Shown here one piece after another: positions 20,985-30,792 of a stretch of DNA of 64,000 nt (position 1 is the stretch's first letter; every line of letters begins with the position of its first letter). The notes below the pieces were generated by a model that was not told the DNA's origin, did no database searches, and saw only the letters and a program-made list of their open reading frames with translations. The position numbers and the translations under genes were made by a program. Origin of the DNA: a virus. The stretch lies in the IMG/VR virus record IMGVR_UViG_3300027777_000034, positions 8,394 through 72,393 of that record, one strand, 5' to 3'.

Positions 20985-21422
20985 TTAACTCAAAGTAAGT
21001 AAATACTTTAATTGAGAAAAAGAACTAAGCATTTCATCTCTTGTATTTAATAAATTTGTTTGCGTGATTGGATTTACATTTTTAGGTATTTCTACAATAA
21101 GAAAATTTTCTGCTTTAGCAATAAATGAAACAATTTCTTCTGAAGTGTTATTGGATACAGAATATGAAGAAAATTGACCATGTGGCATTAAACCATGTTC
21201 ACCTTGCCATTGTTCAATAAAATCATCAATGCTTTCAGATAAATCGTCATAAGCTTCACCAAATGATTTGTGTTGAGCAAAAGATTTGGTGTTCCAATGA
21301 AAAACTTTAAGTTGCGAAAGCAAAAATAAGAAATCTGACTGCGTAATAGTAGCATCTGTTGCTACTTCAGCAGCTTTTGAAAAATAATTGTGAACATGTT
21401 TTGTAAAATTCGAATTTTTCAT
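20985..21422 (-). CDS. Ferritin/Dps-like four-helix protein (DUF5856-like)
   Basis: 'VFHWNTKSFAQHKSFGEAYDDL...DDFIEQWQG', 'LLNTRDEM...KYLLTL'; AAGGAG RBS. Confidence 0.75.
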   Translation of the reverse strand: MKNSNFTKHVHNYFSKAAEVATDATITQSDFLFLLSQLKVFHWNTKSFAQHKSFGEAYDDLSESIDDFIEQWQGEHGLMPHGQFSSYSVSNNTSEEIVSFIAKAENFLIVEIPKNVNPITQTNLLNTRDEMLSSFSQLKYLLTLS

Positions 21423-21469
21423 ATAATATCTCCTTAATACAATATACACCAAAAAAAATATTAACTTTT

Positions 21470-22048
21470 TTAATTGTGTATTCCTATAATTTTTTCAAAA
21501 AAACCAATTTTTAAATTATTTTTTAAACAATGTTTTTCAGCTTCTTTTATAAAATAAAAATCGGAATCATATAATGTTCCCCATATTATTTTTTTTGCAA
21601 TATCTGTTTTAATCATAGCATTTAATGTGTCTATCTCTGCAAGATTAATTTCATTTTTTTTTGGTATGATGCCAGATTTATTGTGCATTATTTTACATAT
21701 TAACATTGCATATTTATTTTCTATTATTTCATTGTTTGAAAAAGATAAGTAATCTTTTTTAATAGTGTTATCGTCATCAAGCCATATCGTGTAATCTCCA
21801 TTGCATTTTAAAATCATGGCATTTCTTTGAAAACTTCCATAATTTTTAACTTTTATTTTTTCTATATGATTATAAATAAAACGATTGTCATTAATATTTA
21901 ATACGCATTTTTCATCTTCTTCACTATATCCATCAGAACAAATTAATACTTCATAGTTATTATAATTTTGATTTAAAACACTAATAATTGCACGATTAAG
22001 TAAATCAACTCTTTTGTATGTTGGAATTATTATTGAAAACTTTATCAT
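21470..22048 (-). CDS. GT2 glycosyltransferase
   Basis: 'FSIIIPTYKR', 'ICSDG', 'WLDDDN'. Confidence 0.8.
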   Translation of the reverse strand: MIKFSIIIPTYKRVDLLNRAIISVLNQNYNNYEVLICSDGYSEEDEKCVLNINDNRFIYNHIEKIKVKNYGSFQRNAMILKCNGDYTIWLDDDNTIKKDYLSFSNNEIIENKYAMLICKIMHNKSGIIPKKNEINLAEIDTLNAMIKTDIAKKIIWGTLYDSDFYFIKEAEKHCLKNNLKIGFFEKIIGIHN

Positions 22049-22393
22049 TTTAAAACCTTTAAAAATTGATTATTATCAAATAATTGCCTATATGTATAAA
22101 ACACCGTTTTTATCATATTGGAGTTCTATGAAATATCTTTATGAAATATGGATACGAATAGAAGAAAAAAATAAAAAAAATAAAGCTTGTATAGATAAAA
22201 ATGGAAGCTGTTGTATTGCACTATGTGCTTCATCAAATAAAGAAGCATTTTTTCTTTTGCAAGAAGTGCTTTTAAGTTGTGATAAAAGGCCAATAGGAAA
22301 TAAAAAGAAAATAAAGCACTTTAGGTTGAAAGGCAGTTGTTCTAAGTATATATTTCTTCTATGTAAGGAAAATGTTGAAAGTTATAAAAGAGC

Positions 22394-22705
22394 ATGTGAT
22401 TAAAAGCAACTGCGTTAACAATTCAAGCATACGGTTCTTCCGCAGTTTTTATACCGAAATGAATCACATCACCAGGGGATAACCCCAAGGATTGCCAGAG
22501 AGTAGCCAAACTCTCAACAGGGTGGCACGAAATAGTTTAGAAAGATTATTATACTAGAATTTGAGTGACCACTTCTCATACTAGACCTGATACTTTACAA
22601 GTACCTTCTTTCTAATGTCCTGTTTGGTCAAAATTTTATAACAAACTGCTTGTTCTAGGAACTTGCTGGTAGTAGTACTATCAGGGAGAAGAAGTGGCTT
22701 ATTGC
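22394..22705. ncRNA. Candidate structured non-coding RNA (unassigned)
   Basis: About 300-nt GC-enriched gap between convergent genes with many complementary segments; no known family recognised. Confidence 0.4.
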
Positions 22706-23013
22706 CTATAAGTAATCTGCTGTTATATCGGAAAAAAACCAAACAACAGTTTTTTCAATAAATCCTTTAGAATTAAAATCATTTACATTTTTACCAATAA
22801 TTGATAGCAATGAAATAAATTCAGATTCTGATATAATACCATTTAAATAAGATTTTCTTGTTATTTTTAACAGTAAATCAAAAGTTTCATTTGAACAAAT
22901 GTCGTTTTTTGATATAGAATTAAGTATTGTTATTGAGTTTGAAAGTTTTTTTGTTAACTTTTTACAAGCATAGTCTATTCTGTTTTTCAAAATTATTTTC
23001 CTTGAGGTTTATA

Positions 23014-23517
23014 ATGGCTAAAAAGAAAAAACAAATTTCAAGTGAAATAAAACTTCTTTTAAAAAAGAACTTAAGATCTATAGTAGAAATAGAAAAGAAA
23101 AATTGCACTATAGAAGATCCAGATTTTGGCGAAATGGTTTCAAAAAAAGCTTGGAATTCATCTAATTTTATTGATTTTGTTAAAAAAAAGAACACATATA
23201 GCTACACAATAAGCGAAGGTTCATTAATTGTTGGATTTTTGCTTTTTGAAGTTAAAGAAAATGAATTATTGATTGAAAGAATATGTGTAGACAAAGATTT
23301 TAGAAGATCAGGATTTGGAAAAGAATTTTTAGATTTTATAAACATTAAAAAATATAGAAATAAAATTATTTTTTATTGTAAAGAAAACGATGTTGCCACT
23401 ATTAAATTTTTTAAAAAAAATGACTTTACAGCTAATTTAGAAAAAAATTATTTTGGAATTGATGATGATGCTATTAAGTTTACAAAGGAGATTTTTTATG
23501 AAGAAAACAAAAGGTAA
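23014..23517 (+). CDS. GNAT acetyltransferase (RimI-like)
   Basis: 'IERICVDKDFRRSGFGK', 'IKFFKKNDF', 'NYF...DDAI'. Confidence 0.75.
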   Translation: MAKKKKQISSEIKLLLKKNLRSIVEIEKKNCTIEDPDFGEMVSKKAWNSSNFIDFVKKKNTYSYTISEGSLIVGFLLFEVKENELLIERICVDKDFRRSGFGKEFLDFINIKKYRNKIIFYCKENDVATIKFFKKNDFTANLEKNYFGIDDDAIKFTKEIFYEENKR

Positions 23518-23669
23518 AATACTTGTAAACTGTTTAGGTTGGTGTAATAAACAATTTTTAAGTTATGATCCAGCAACAAATAGGGTTTGTAAAAAATGCA
23601 AAGAAAAAATAAACAATAAAAAAAATGAAATGGGAAAAAATTATTTTTCTGAAAAAAGAGTAGAGGAAA

Positions 23670-24719
23670 ATGAATAAACCAAAAGTTGCACTTATAACAC
23701 CATCATTAAGCATGGGTGGTGCTGAAAGATGGATAGTTACACTTGCAAAATTTTTTAATAGATTAGATCCTTATTTAATTTTAAATTTAAGTGGTTACAG
23801 TGATTCAATTTTGCTTGAAGATATTCCAAAAACAACAAAAGTTTTATCAAATTTTTATTCAAATGAAAGAAGCATTATAAACGCTTTAAGTGATGCAGAT
23901 GCAGTTGTTTCTTGGTGTTTTAATTTAAATATTAGTTTAAAAAATGAATTAAATTGTCCAACAATAGATGTTTCACATAGTGATCCATCATGGAAAAATC
24001 ATTCATTATTAATAAAAGAATCGTGTAAAAAATCAAAATATCATGTTGGAGTAAGTAAAGTAGCTGCATCAGCATTTAAAGAAAATAATTCGACTGTAAT
24101 ATACAATGGTATAGATACAGAAAGACTTAATCAATTTAAAGGAAGAATCAAACAAAGAGAAGAATGGGGTTGTGAAAATAAAAAAGTTGTTATTTTTTTA
24201 AGTAGATTATCAGAAGAAAAAAATCCAAAAATTATTTTAGAATGCTCAGAACTTTTTGATGAAAGCTGGAAGTTTTTATTTGTTAATATTGGTTTATTAA
24301 AAAAAGAATTTAACACAATAAATAAACCCAATATAAAAATTATTGAAAAAACTAAAAATATTGGAGATTATTATTCTGGTGCAGATGTAGTTGTTCTTCC
24401 TTCAGATATAGAAGGTATGCCATTAGTTTTATTGGAATCTTGGTTTTGTGGTATTCCTGTTGTAACAACTAATTATAATTCTTATTTAGAATTAACTAAC
24501 ACTCATGGAGAATTAGCGTTATCAACAAATATAAGACCAACAGCAATTGAATTTGCAAATAAAATACAACAAGCTTTTTATGAAGGAAGAAATTCTAATA
24601 AAGTTGTTTTAGCAAAAAAAATTGTTGAAAATAATTACACATATCAAACAATGATTAAAAATTGGGAAGATTATATATTTTTAAAAATAAAAGAACATAA
24701 TGAGAACATTAATGCTTAA
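23670..24719 (+). CDS. GT4 glycosyltransferase
   Basis: 'MGGAERW', 'IYNGID', 'SRLSEEKN', 'PSDIEGMPLVLLE'. Confidence 0.85.
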   Translation: MNKPKVALITPSLSMGGAERWIVTLAKFFNRLDPYLILNLSGYSDSILLEDIPKTTKVLSNFYSNERSIINALSDADAVVSWCFNLNISLKNELNCPTIDVSHSDPSWKNHSLLIKESCKKSKYHVGVSKVAASAFKENNSTVIYNGIDTERLNQFKGRIKQREEWGCENKKVVIFLSRLSEEKNPKIILECSELFDESWKFLFVNIGLLKKEFNTINKPNIKIIEKTKNIGDYYSGADVVVLPSDIEGMPLVLLESWFCGIPVVTTNYNSYLELTNTHGELALSTNIRPTAIEFANKIQQAFYEGRNSNKVVLAKKIVENNYTYQTMIKNWEDYIFLKIKEHNENINA

Positions 24720-25428
24720 GTATTTTTTTGGTTTTTTTGGTTCTGATCGTTCTGGTAAATGGTGGACTGTTCGTTGCGAACACATTAAAGATAATCCATC
24801 GTGTATAGGTTGTGGTACAAAAAAAGATGTTCAAGTTCATCATATAATACCAGTTAGTGTTGATGCATCTAAAGAGTTATGTAGAAACAACCTATGTACT
24901 CTTTGCAAATATTGTCATTTTGTTTTTGGGCATTTGCACAATTATAAAAATTACAATCCAGAAGTAATTAGGGATTGCCAAGAGCATTACAAAAGAGTAA
25001 AACAATTTAGAGTTAAGACTTTTCAAAGACCTATTTCTTTATGGAGGACTATTATGGCTAAGTTTTTTGGTTCTATTGCTTTGGTTTTTTTAGGTTTTTC
25101 AATTTATGTTAGTCATATGTATGTGGTAGAGACTAATAAAAATATAACAGTTAAAGAACTTTTTTATGCTGAAAACAGGCTCTTAAAGGATGAGATTTAT
25201 GCAGAGAGAAACAAACCAACTTATGAAAATGGCTATAGAGATGCTATTTTAAGGGCTGGTTCACCAACTGGCTCTGGCTCATACCGTGATGGTTGGGAGG
25301 CTTGTGCGAAGCTTTATGCTGATGGTTCATGGACAAGCGGTTATCATACAGCACTAGAACAATTTGGTTGGAAGAATGAATCAACAGCATTCAAAAATTC
25401 AAACCCTCAAGCTGTTTCTATGAAATAA
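24700..25428 (+). CDS. HNH endonuclease domain in frame with a membrane-anchored protein
   Basis: 'CIGCG...VHHIIP...NLCTLCKYCH'; internal GGAGG RBS and ATG at 25054 before a transmembrane segment. Confidence 0.65.
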   Translation: MRTLMLKYFFGFFGSDRSGKWWTVRCEHIKDNPSCIGCGTKKDVQVHHIIPVSVDASKELCRNNLCTLCKYCHFVFGHLHNYKNYNPEVIRDCQEHYKRVKQFRVKTFQRPISLWRTIMAKFFGSIALVFLGFSIYVSHMYVVETNKNITVKELFYAENRLLKDEIYAERNKPTYENGYRDAILRAGSPTGSGSYRDGWEACAKLYADGSWTSGYHTALEQFGWKNESTAFKNSNPQAVSMK

Positions 25429-25439
25429 TCTTTACTATT

Positions 25440-25472
25440 TTACCCTCATACTGTGTATTAGTATGGGGGTAA
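25440..25472 (+). promoter_or_regulatory. RBS-sequestering hairpin upstream of an endonuclease gene
   Basis: TTACCCTCATACT-GTGTATT-AGTATGGGGGTAA, 13-bp stem (one G-U) covering the GGGGGT RBS. Confidence 0.65.
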
Positions 25473-25474
25473 TT

Positions 25475-25849
25475 ATGAAAAAAAAATCGCACAACAGTAA
25501 GGCTTTTGGTGAAATTTCTGGAAAATATTGGTCTTCTTTAATAAAAAACGCAAAAAAAAGAAGTATAAAAGTAACTGCAACAATAGAAGAAGCTTGGGAA
25601 ATATTTTTAAAACAGAATAGAAGATGTTTTTATACTGGTTTAAAAATAACTCATAAAAAGTATTTGAAAAGAATTAATAATAAAGACATATATTCTTTAG
25701 GAACGGCATCGTTAGACAGAAAAAATAGTGGCCTTAGTTACACTAAACAAAATATACAGTGGGTTCATAAAGATGTTAATTATATGAAAATGAGTTTAAA
25801 CGAAAAGTATTTTATAAAACTTTGCAAGCTTATATCTAGGAGATTCTAA
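25475..25849 (+). CDS. HNH-like (homing-type) endonuclease
   Basis: 'QNRRCFYTG', 'ASLDRKNS..SYTKQNIQWVHKDVNYMK'. Confidence 0.75.
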   Translation: MKKKSHNSKAFGEISGKYWSSLIKNAKKRSIKVTATIEEAWEIFLKQNRRCFYTGLKITHKKYLKRINNKDIYSLGTASLDRKNSGLSYTKQNIQWVHKDVNYMKMSLNEKYFIKLCKLISRRF

Positions 25850-26334
25850 TGCCTTTAAAAAATTGTTCTGAAAATGGTAAAGATGGTTGGAAATGGGGCG
25901 ATCAAGGTAAGTGTTATCTTGGAAAAAATGCTAAAAAACAAGCCATTAGACAAGGAATATCTATTGAAGGTCCAGAAAAATTTGCTAAATTAATGAAATC
26001 TCAATCGCATGAAGATCTTTATATGCAGCTTTCAAATGATGAAAAAGAATTAGCCAATTCACTTATTTCATTATCGCAAAAGGTTGGTCCGCTTGATAAA
26101 GCCGATGGCATTTGGATTGGTTATGAAAATGCAGAGAATAATTCTGTAAAAAACATTGGTGTAAAGTGTGGCAATTGTGCATTGCACAAATCAGAAAATG
26201 CATGTGCAATTATTGATCAACAAATAGAAATGGATGGCGTTTGCAGATTTGCAGTAATACCAGATGGCTATGTTAATGCTATTCAAATAGAAAAGGACAT
26301 AGAAGAATACTTTAATGAAAATAATAATAAATAG
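25849..26334 (+). CDS. Protein with C-terminal HiPIP-like Cys motif
   Basis: 'CGNCALH...CAII....IEMDGVCRF'. Confidence 0.45.
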   Translation: MPLKNCSENGKDGWKWGDQGKCYLGKNAKKQAIRQGISIEGPEKFAKLMKSQSHEDLYMQLSNDEKELANSLISLSQKVGPLDKADGIWIGYENAENNSVKNIGVKCGNCALHKSENACAIIDQQIEMDGVCRFAVIPDGYVNAIQIEKDIEEYFNENNNK

Positions 26335-26800
26335 CCCTGTTTTAAAAACAAAGTGTAAAGAAGTAGATCTAAAAAAAGGAAAGACTATTGCCAAAAGAAT
26401 GTGGCAATTTTTGAACCTTTACAATAAAAAGAACGAAGTAAAAGCTGTTGGTTTAGCAGCAAATCAATTTGGAATAGATGCTTCAGTTGCCATAGTTCTT
26501 AAAAATAATAAACCATTTATTTTAATAAATCCTAAAATAATAAACTTTTCTCAAATAAAAATTTGTAAAAAGGAAGGGTGTTTAAGTTTTCCAGATGAGC
26601 AACTTGATGTTTATAGGCATATGTGGATTGAAGTTGTATGTTTAAATCATCCTGATCTTATTTTCTTTGGAAGTAGACCAGAAGAAAGCAATGATAATTT
26701 TTTAGAAAGCTGTATTGCTCAACATGAAATAGCACACTTAAACGGTTTGACTTTTCATGATTTTCAATGGAATAATTCAATAACACCTAACGATTGGTAA
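26315..26800 (+). CDS. def: Peptide deformylase
   Basis: 'GLAANQFG', 'EGCLS', 'QHEIAHLNG'. Confidence 0.92.
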   Translation: MKIIINSPVLKTKCKEVDLKKGKTIAKRMWQFLNLYNKKNEVKAVGLAANQFGIDASVAIVLKNNKPFILINPKIINFSQIKICKKEGCLSFPDEQLDVYRHMWIEVVCLNHPDLIFFGSRPEESNDNFLESCIAQHEIAHLNGLTFHDFQWNNSITPNDW

Positions 26801-27119
26801 AATGAAAAACCACTATACAAAAGTAAAAAACGCTGTAGATTTTAAAATATACAATGAGCTTGAGAGTTTTGTTTATAACTCTTTAGTTGAAGATGAGTTA
26901 ACATCTGAAGAAAATTTGCGTTCTTTAATTGTTTCTCAGGTAAAAAGAGAACATGGTAGCCTTATTTATTCCAGTATAGAAATAGAAGATACTATAAAAA
27001 ATCTAATTATTAGAAAAATTATTAAAGAAGCAATTGGTATAAAGTTGTCCAAGTTTATTTATAGTCAATAGTTAGGGGTATTTATACATGGGCTTTATCC
27101 TTTTTAAAGGAGGTATCCC

Positions 27120-27293
27120 ATGCAAACTTATTTTGAAGTTTGGGCAACAGAGCCTAATGGCAAAACAAGAATAAAAATAGCAGAGTACGAAGAAATTTAT
27201 TGGCAAAGAGCAGAAAAAAAAGCTTTATCATTAGAAATGCAAGGATATACTAAGATAGTTGTTTTTGAAAAGATGAGGACCACAAACAAATAA
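27120..27293 (+). CDS. Small hypothetical protein (57 aa, absent from ORF track)
   Basis: AAGGAGGT RBS; MQTYFEVWATEPNGK...; fills the intergenic gap. Confidence 0.6.
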   Translation: MQTYFEVWATEPNGKTRIKIAEYEEIYWQRAEKKALSLEMQGYTKIVVFEKMRTTNK

Positions 27294-27300
27294 ATTTTAT

Positions 27301-28383
27301 TTGCATAAGGAGGATATTATGGACATAAATCTCAGTTGCCCAATAAATCAACTTGGTTATGGTGTTGTTGGTTTAAACATTTTTTTAAATTTACAAAAAA
27401 ATCACAATGTGGCACTATGGCCGATTGGGCCAGTAGATTGCGAAGAATCGAAACATGATGCGTTAAGAGCATCTATTGAAAAAACAAAAACATTTAATTA
27501 CACAGCACCAAGTTTAAAAATATGGCATCAGTTTGATATGGCATCTCATGTTGGAAACGGAAAAAAATTTGGTTTAACTTTTTTTGAAACAAATAAAATA
27601 AAAGAAAATGAAGTTCATCATTTAAAATTTTTAGAAAAAGTGTTTGTTACATCTTCTTGGGCAAAAGATGTTCTTATAAATTCTGGTTTGGAAAGTTCAA
27701 AAGTTATAGTTGTAAAACTTGGTGTAGATAAAATAGTATTTCCAGAATCTAAAATCGATGATAAAAAAACAACCAAAATAGTTTGTGTTGGTAAATGGGA
27801 GATAAGAAAAGGTCATGATCTTATTATAGATATTATAGAAAGAACCTTTGATAAAGATGATGATTTTAAACTTGTGATGTGCTGTTCTAATCCATTTTTA
27901 TCAGATGAAGAACAAAATCACTGGATTTCTTTTTTTGAAAAAAGTAAGTATTTTGACAAAATAATTGTTTTAAAAGAAAGATTAAAATCTCAAACAGATG
28001 TTAACAGATTAATGCATGGTTCTGATGTTGGAATATTCCCATATCGTGCAGAAGCTTGGAATTTAGAACTTTCTGAAATGTTGTCTATGGGTAAACATTG
28101 CATTGCTACAAACTATTCTGGCCCAACAGAGTTTGCTAATGATGCTGGTGCAATTTTAATTAATCCAGAAGGCATGGAAAATGCTTATGATGGAAAATGG
28201 TTTGATGGTTCAGCAGAATGGGCTAAACTTGGAAAAAAATATGTGGAAGAATTTTCTTCTGCGTTAAGAAGTATTCATGAACAAAAACAAAAAGGCAACT
28301 TAAAAATAAACTCTAAAGGTATAAGTTATTTTAATGAAAACACTTGGGAAAAATCTTGTGAAACGATAGTGGGTGAATTATGA
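27301..28383 (+). CDS. GT4 glycosyltransferase
   Basis: 'GKWEIRKGHD', 'PYRAEAWNLELSEMLSMGKHCIATNYSG'. Confidence 0.8.
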   Translation: MHKEDIMDINLSCPINQLGYGVVGLNIFLNLQKNHNVALWPIGPVDCEESKHDALRASIEKTKTFNYTAPSLKIWHQFDMASHVGNGKKFGLTFFETNKIKENEVHHLKFLEKVFVTSSWAKDVLINSGLESSKVIVVKLGVDKIVFPESKIDDKKTTKIVCVGKWEIRKGHDLIIDIIERTFDKDDDFKLVMCCSNPFLSDEEQNHWISFFEKSKYFDKIIVLKERLKSQTDVNRLMHGSDVGIFPYRAEAWNLELSEMLSMGKHCIATNYSGPTEFANDAGAILINPEGMENAYDGKWFDGSAEWAKLGKKYVEEFSSALRSIHEQKQKGNLKINSKGISYFNENTWEKSCETIVGEL

Positions 28384-29087
28384 ATTTGACAATATCATTT
28401 TTAATATGCAGAACAGACGAAGGTAAAGAACCATCAATTTTATTTTTAAAAAATGAAAATGGTAATTATGAATTGCCAAGTTTTCAAATGAAAGACGATG
28501 AGTATGATGTTGATGAATTTGTTGGCAGAACATTTAAATCAATCACTGGTGTTCAAGCTATAGATAAAAAAGGTTTCGGCTGGATTAATTTATTTTTGTC
28601 TGGAACCATAGTTTCAAATAAAAAATACAGTTTTGTTTATATGTGCAATCTTCCAAATATTGTAAACACAGAAGGTTATGAATCTATTAAAATGAGTTCT
28701 ATTCTTGAATCAGAAAATTTTGAAGAAGATTACATATCTCAGGTTATTCACTGTTTTAACAACCTATATATTAGATAATATGAAAAATATAAAAATAATT
28801 TTTGATGTAAATTCAAGTGATGTTATAACAACTTTTGTATTTCCAGAAATAATAGACAAAGAAGAGAAATCTGTTTTATCTGAAAAAACAGCATCTTTTC
28901 TTTCTTCTTTGCAAACTGGAAATATGATGACATCAATAATACATGGTGTTGTTGAAGGTGGAATTATTTCTGACGATAAAAGTTTATCTGATTTAATAAT
29001 TAAAAAAATGCTTTCTAATTTTTTAGTTACATCAGATGAAAAACCATTGGTTCTTCCAAGTGAAGCATTTGTTTTTAAGGAAAAATA

Positions 29088-29891
29088 ATGACAATTGAAG
29101 CAAAGATAATTTCAGATTCTATATCTATTCATGATAAAAGAATAACTACTATGGTTATTAAATATCCAAGGTTTATACATTCTGAGTTTATGACACATAG
29201 AATTTTTTCCAGAAATGCCAGTAGTAGCCGAGCTATACCAGTTGATAAAATGATTGATGATATTAAAGAAGATATGGCAAAACCAAGCGTTTGGGCAAAA
29301 AATCAAAAGGGAATGTCATCTGGCGAAAGATTAGAACACAATAAAGAAGTAATGTGTAATCATGTTTGGGAAGAAGCAGCAGATTTTGTTATGAAAAAAT
29401 GTGCATTATTAAAAGAACTTGGTGTTCACAAAAGTATAGCCAATAGAATATTAGAGCCATTTTCGCACATAACAACAATTGTTACTTCTACAGAATGGGA
29501 TAACTTTTTTAAATTACGGATAAGTCCTGATGCACAACCAGAAATATGTGAATTAGCAACAAAAATGAAATTTGTATTAGATGAATCAATTCCTAAGATT
29601 AAAAACTTTGGTGATTGGCACATTCCATTTGGCGATGCTTATGTAGATGACGGTATACCAATAGAAAAAATGCTTAAAATAAGCGTGGCTCGTTGTGCTA
29701 GAGTTAGCTATCTTAATTTTGAAGGCAAAATAGACAATGAAAAAGATTATGATCTTCACGATAGACTTATGAATGAAGGTCATTGGAGTCCTTTTGAACA
29801 TTGTGCTACTCCTACATCATCTGATATTTACAGTGGAAACTTTTTAGGTTGGTTACAATATAGAAAATTTGCGGATAGAAAGAATGATTAA
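29088..29891 (+). CDS. thyX: Flavin-dependent thymidylate synthase
   Basis: 'HSEFMTHRIFSRNASSSRAIP', 'ANRILEPF', 'SVARCARVSY', 'HWSPFEH'. Confidence 0.85.
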   Translation: MTIEAKIISDSISIHDKRITTMVIKYPRFIHSEFMTHRIFSRNASSSRAIPVDKMIDDIKEDMAKPSVWAKNQKGMSSGERLEHNKEVMCNHVWEEAADFVMKKCALLKELGVHKSIANRILEPFSHITTIVTSTEWDNFFKLRISPDAQPEICELATKMKFVLDESIPKIKNFGDWHIPFGDAYVDDGIPIEKMLKISVARCARVSYLNFEGKIDNEKDYDLHDRLMNEGHWSPFEHCATPTSSDIYSGNFLGWLQYRKFADRKND

Positions 29892-30495
29892 AAAAATACA
29901 ATGGTTAAAATGGGAAGATCCACTTACACCAAATAAAGAAGACATTGACCTTGAAACAAAATCTCACAAAGACAGTTTTAAAGAATTTGATGATTCTGAA
30001 GAAAGACATGTTAGATTAGTTGTCGGTCCTTATGGTCTTTTACCATTAAATGAAAATGCTGTAACAGCAAAACTTTATAAGCTTTGGGTTGGTCATTGTA
30101 ATTTTGAAATAACTGATACGGTTAAAGAAAAAATAGAATCTGTTGCTGGAGTAGAAGTTTTACGAATATGGACAAGATATAGATTTTGGTTAGGTGTAGC
30201 AAATCTTTTTGATGACTCAGATGTTCAAAGTAATATTGAAAATCTTTTAACTGAAGAAAAAGAATTAAAGAATAAAAATATTGCACTTAAAGCTTTGATA
30301 AAAGTTTTAAAAAATAAATATAAATTTTGGGCAGTTTTTTTAGAAAAGAATGGCGAATTAAAAACTGTTGGCAGTGAAAATATTGAAGATGTAAAAAAAG
30401 AAACAGAATTGAATAAAAATTTAAACATATTAGCTTGCAGTTGGAAAAATGATTGATATATTATATTTATCCATTACTCAAAAGGAGATTTCGCT

Positions 30496-30756
30496 ATGTC
30501 TGATGTTGTAAAAAGTTTTAATCCTGATCAAGTTGCAAAGTCTGTAGCTATTATTGTGTCTACCTTAAAGTGGGTTTCCACAATTATTCCTGGCGATGCA
30601 GATGATAAAGTAGTTGCTCAAATTGTTAAAATTGCTGAAGAACCTTGGTTTGTTACCGCTTTGACTTTTTTGATCAATAAATTTGAAGGCGATATTAGTA
30701 AAATAAAAGCTGAAGATTTTATCCTCGCTGCTAGAACTGCTCAAGGCAAATATTAA
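30496..30756 (+). CDS. Small amphipathic/membrane-associated protein
   Basis: AAGGAG RBS; two hydrophobic/amphipathic helices around 'IPGDADDKVV'. Confidence 0.5.
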   Translation: MSDVVKSFNPDQVAKSVAIIVSTLKWVSTIIPGDADDKVVAQIVKIAEEPWFVTALTFLINKFEGDISKIKAEDFILAARTAQGKY

Positions 30757-30792
30757 TATTGATTTTTTGTATAAACCATATAGGAAATAAAC

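Noticed and set aside
22392-22474. tRNA-Sec or tmRNA (acceptor-like stem ending ACCA, internal TTCAA)
   Set aside because: No anticodon stem around TCA, no canonical T-arm or D-arm, and no convincing tag reading frame.
22562-22702. RNase P RNA (AGAAGTGGCTTAT resembles conserved region V and pairs with CCACTTC)
   Set aside because: No GAGGAAAGUCC region I consensus, and the enclosed span of about 120 nt is too short; kept as an unassigned ncRNA candidate.
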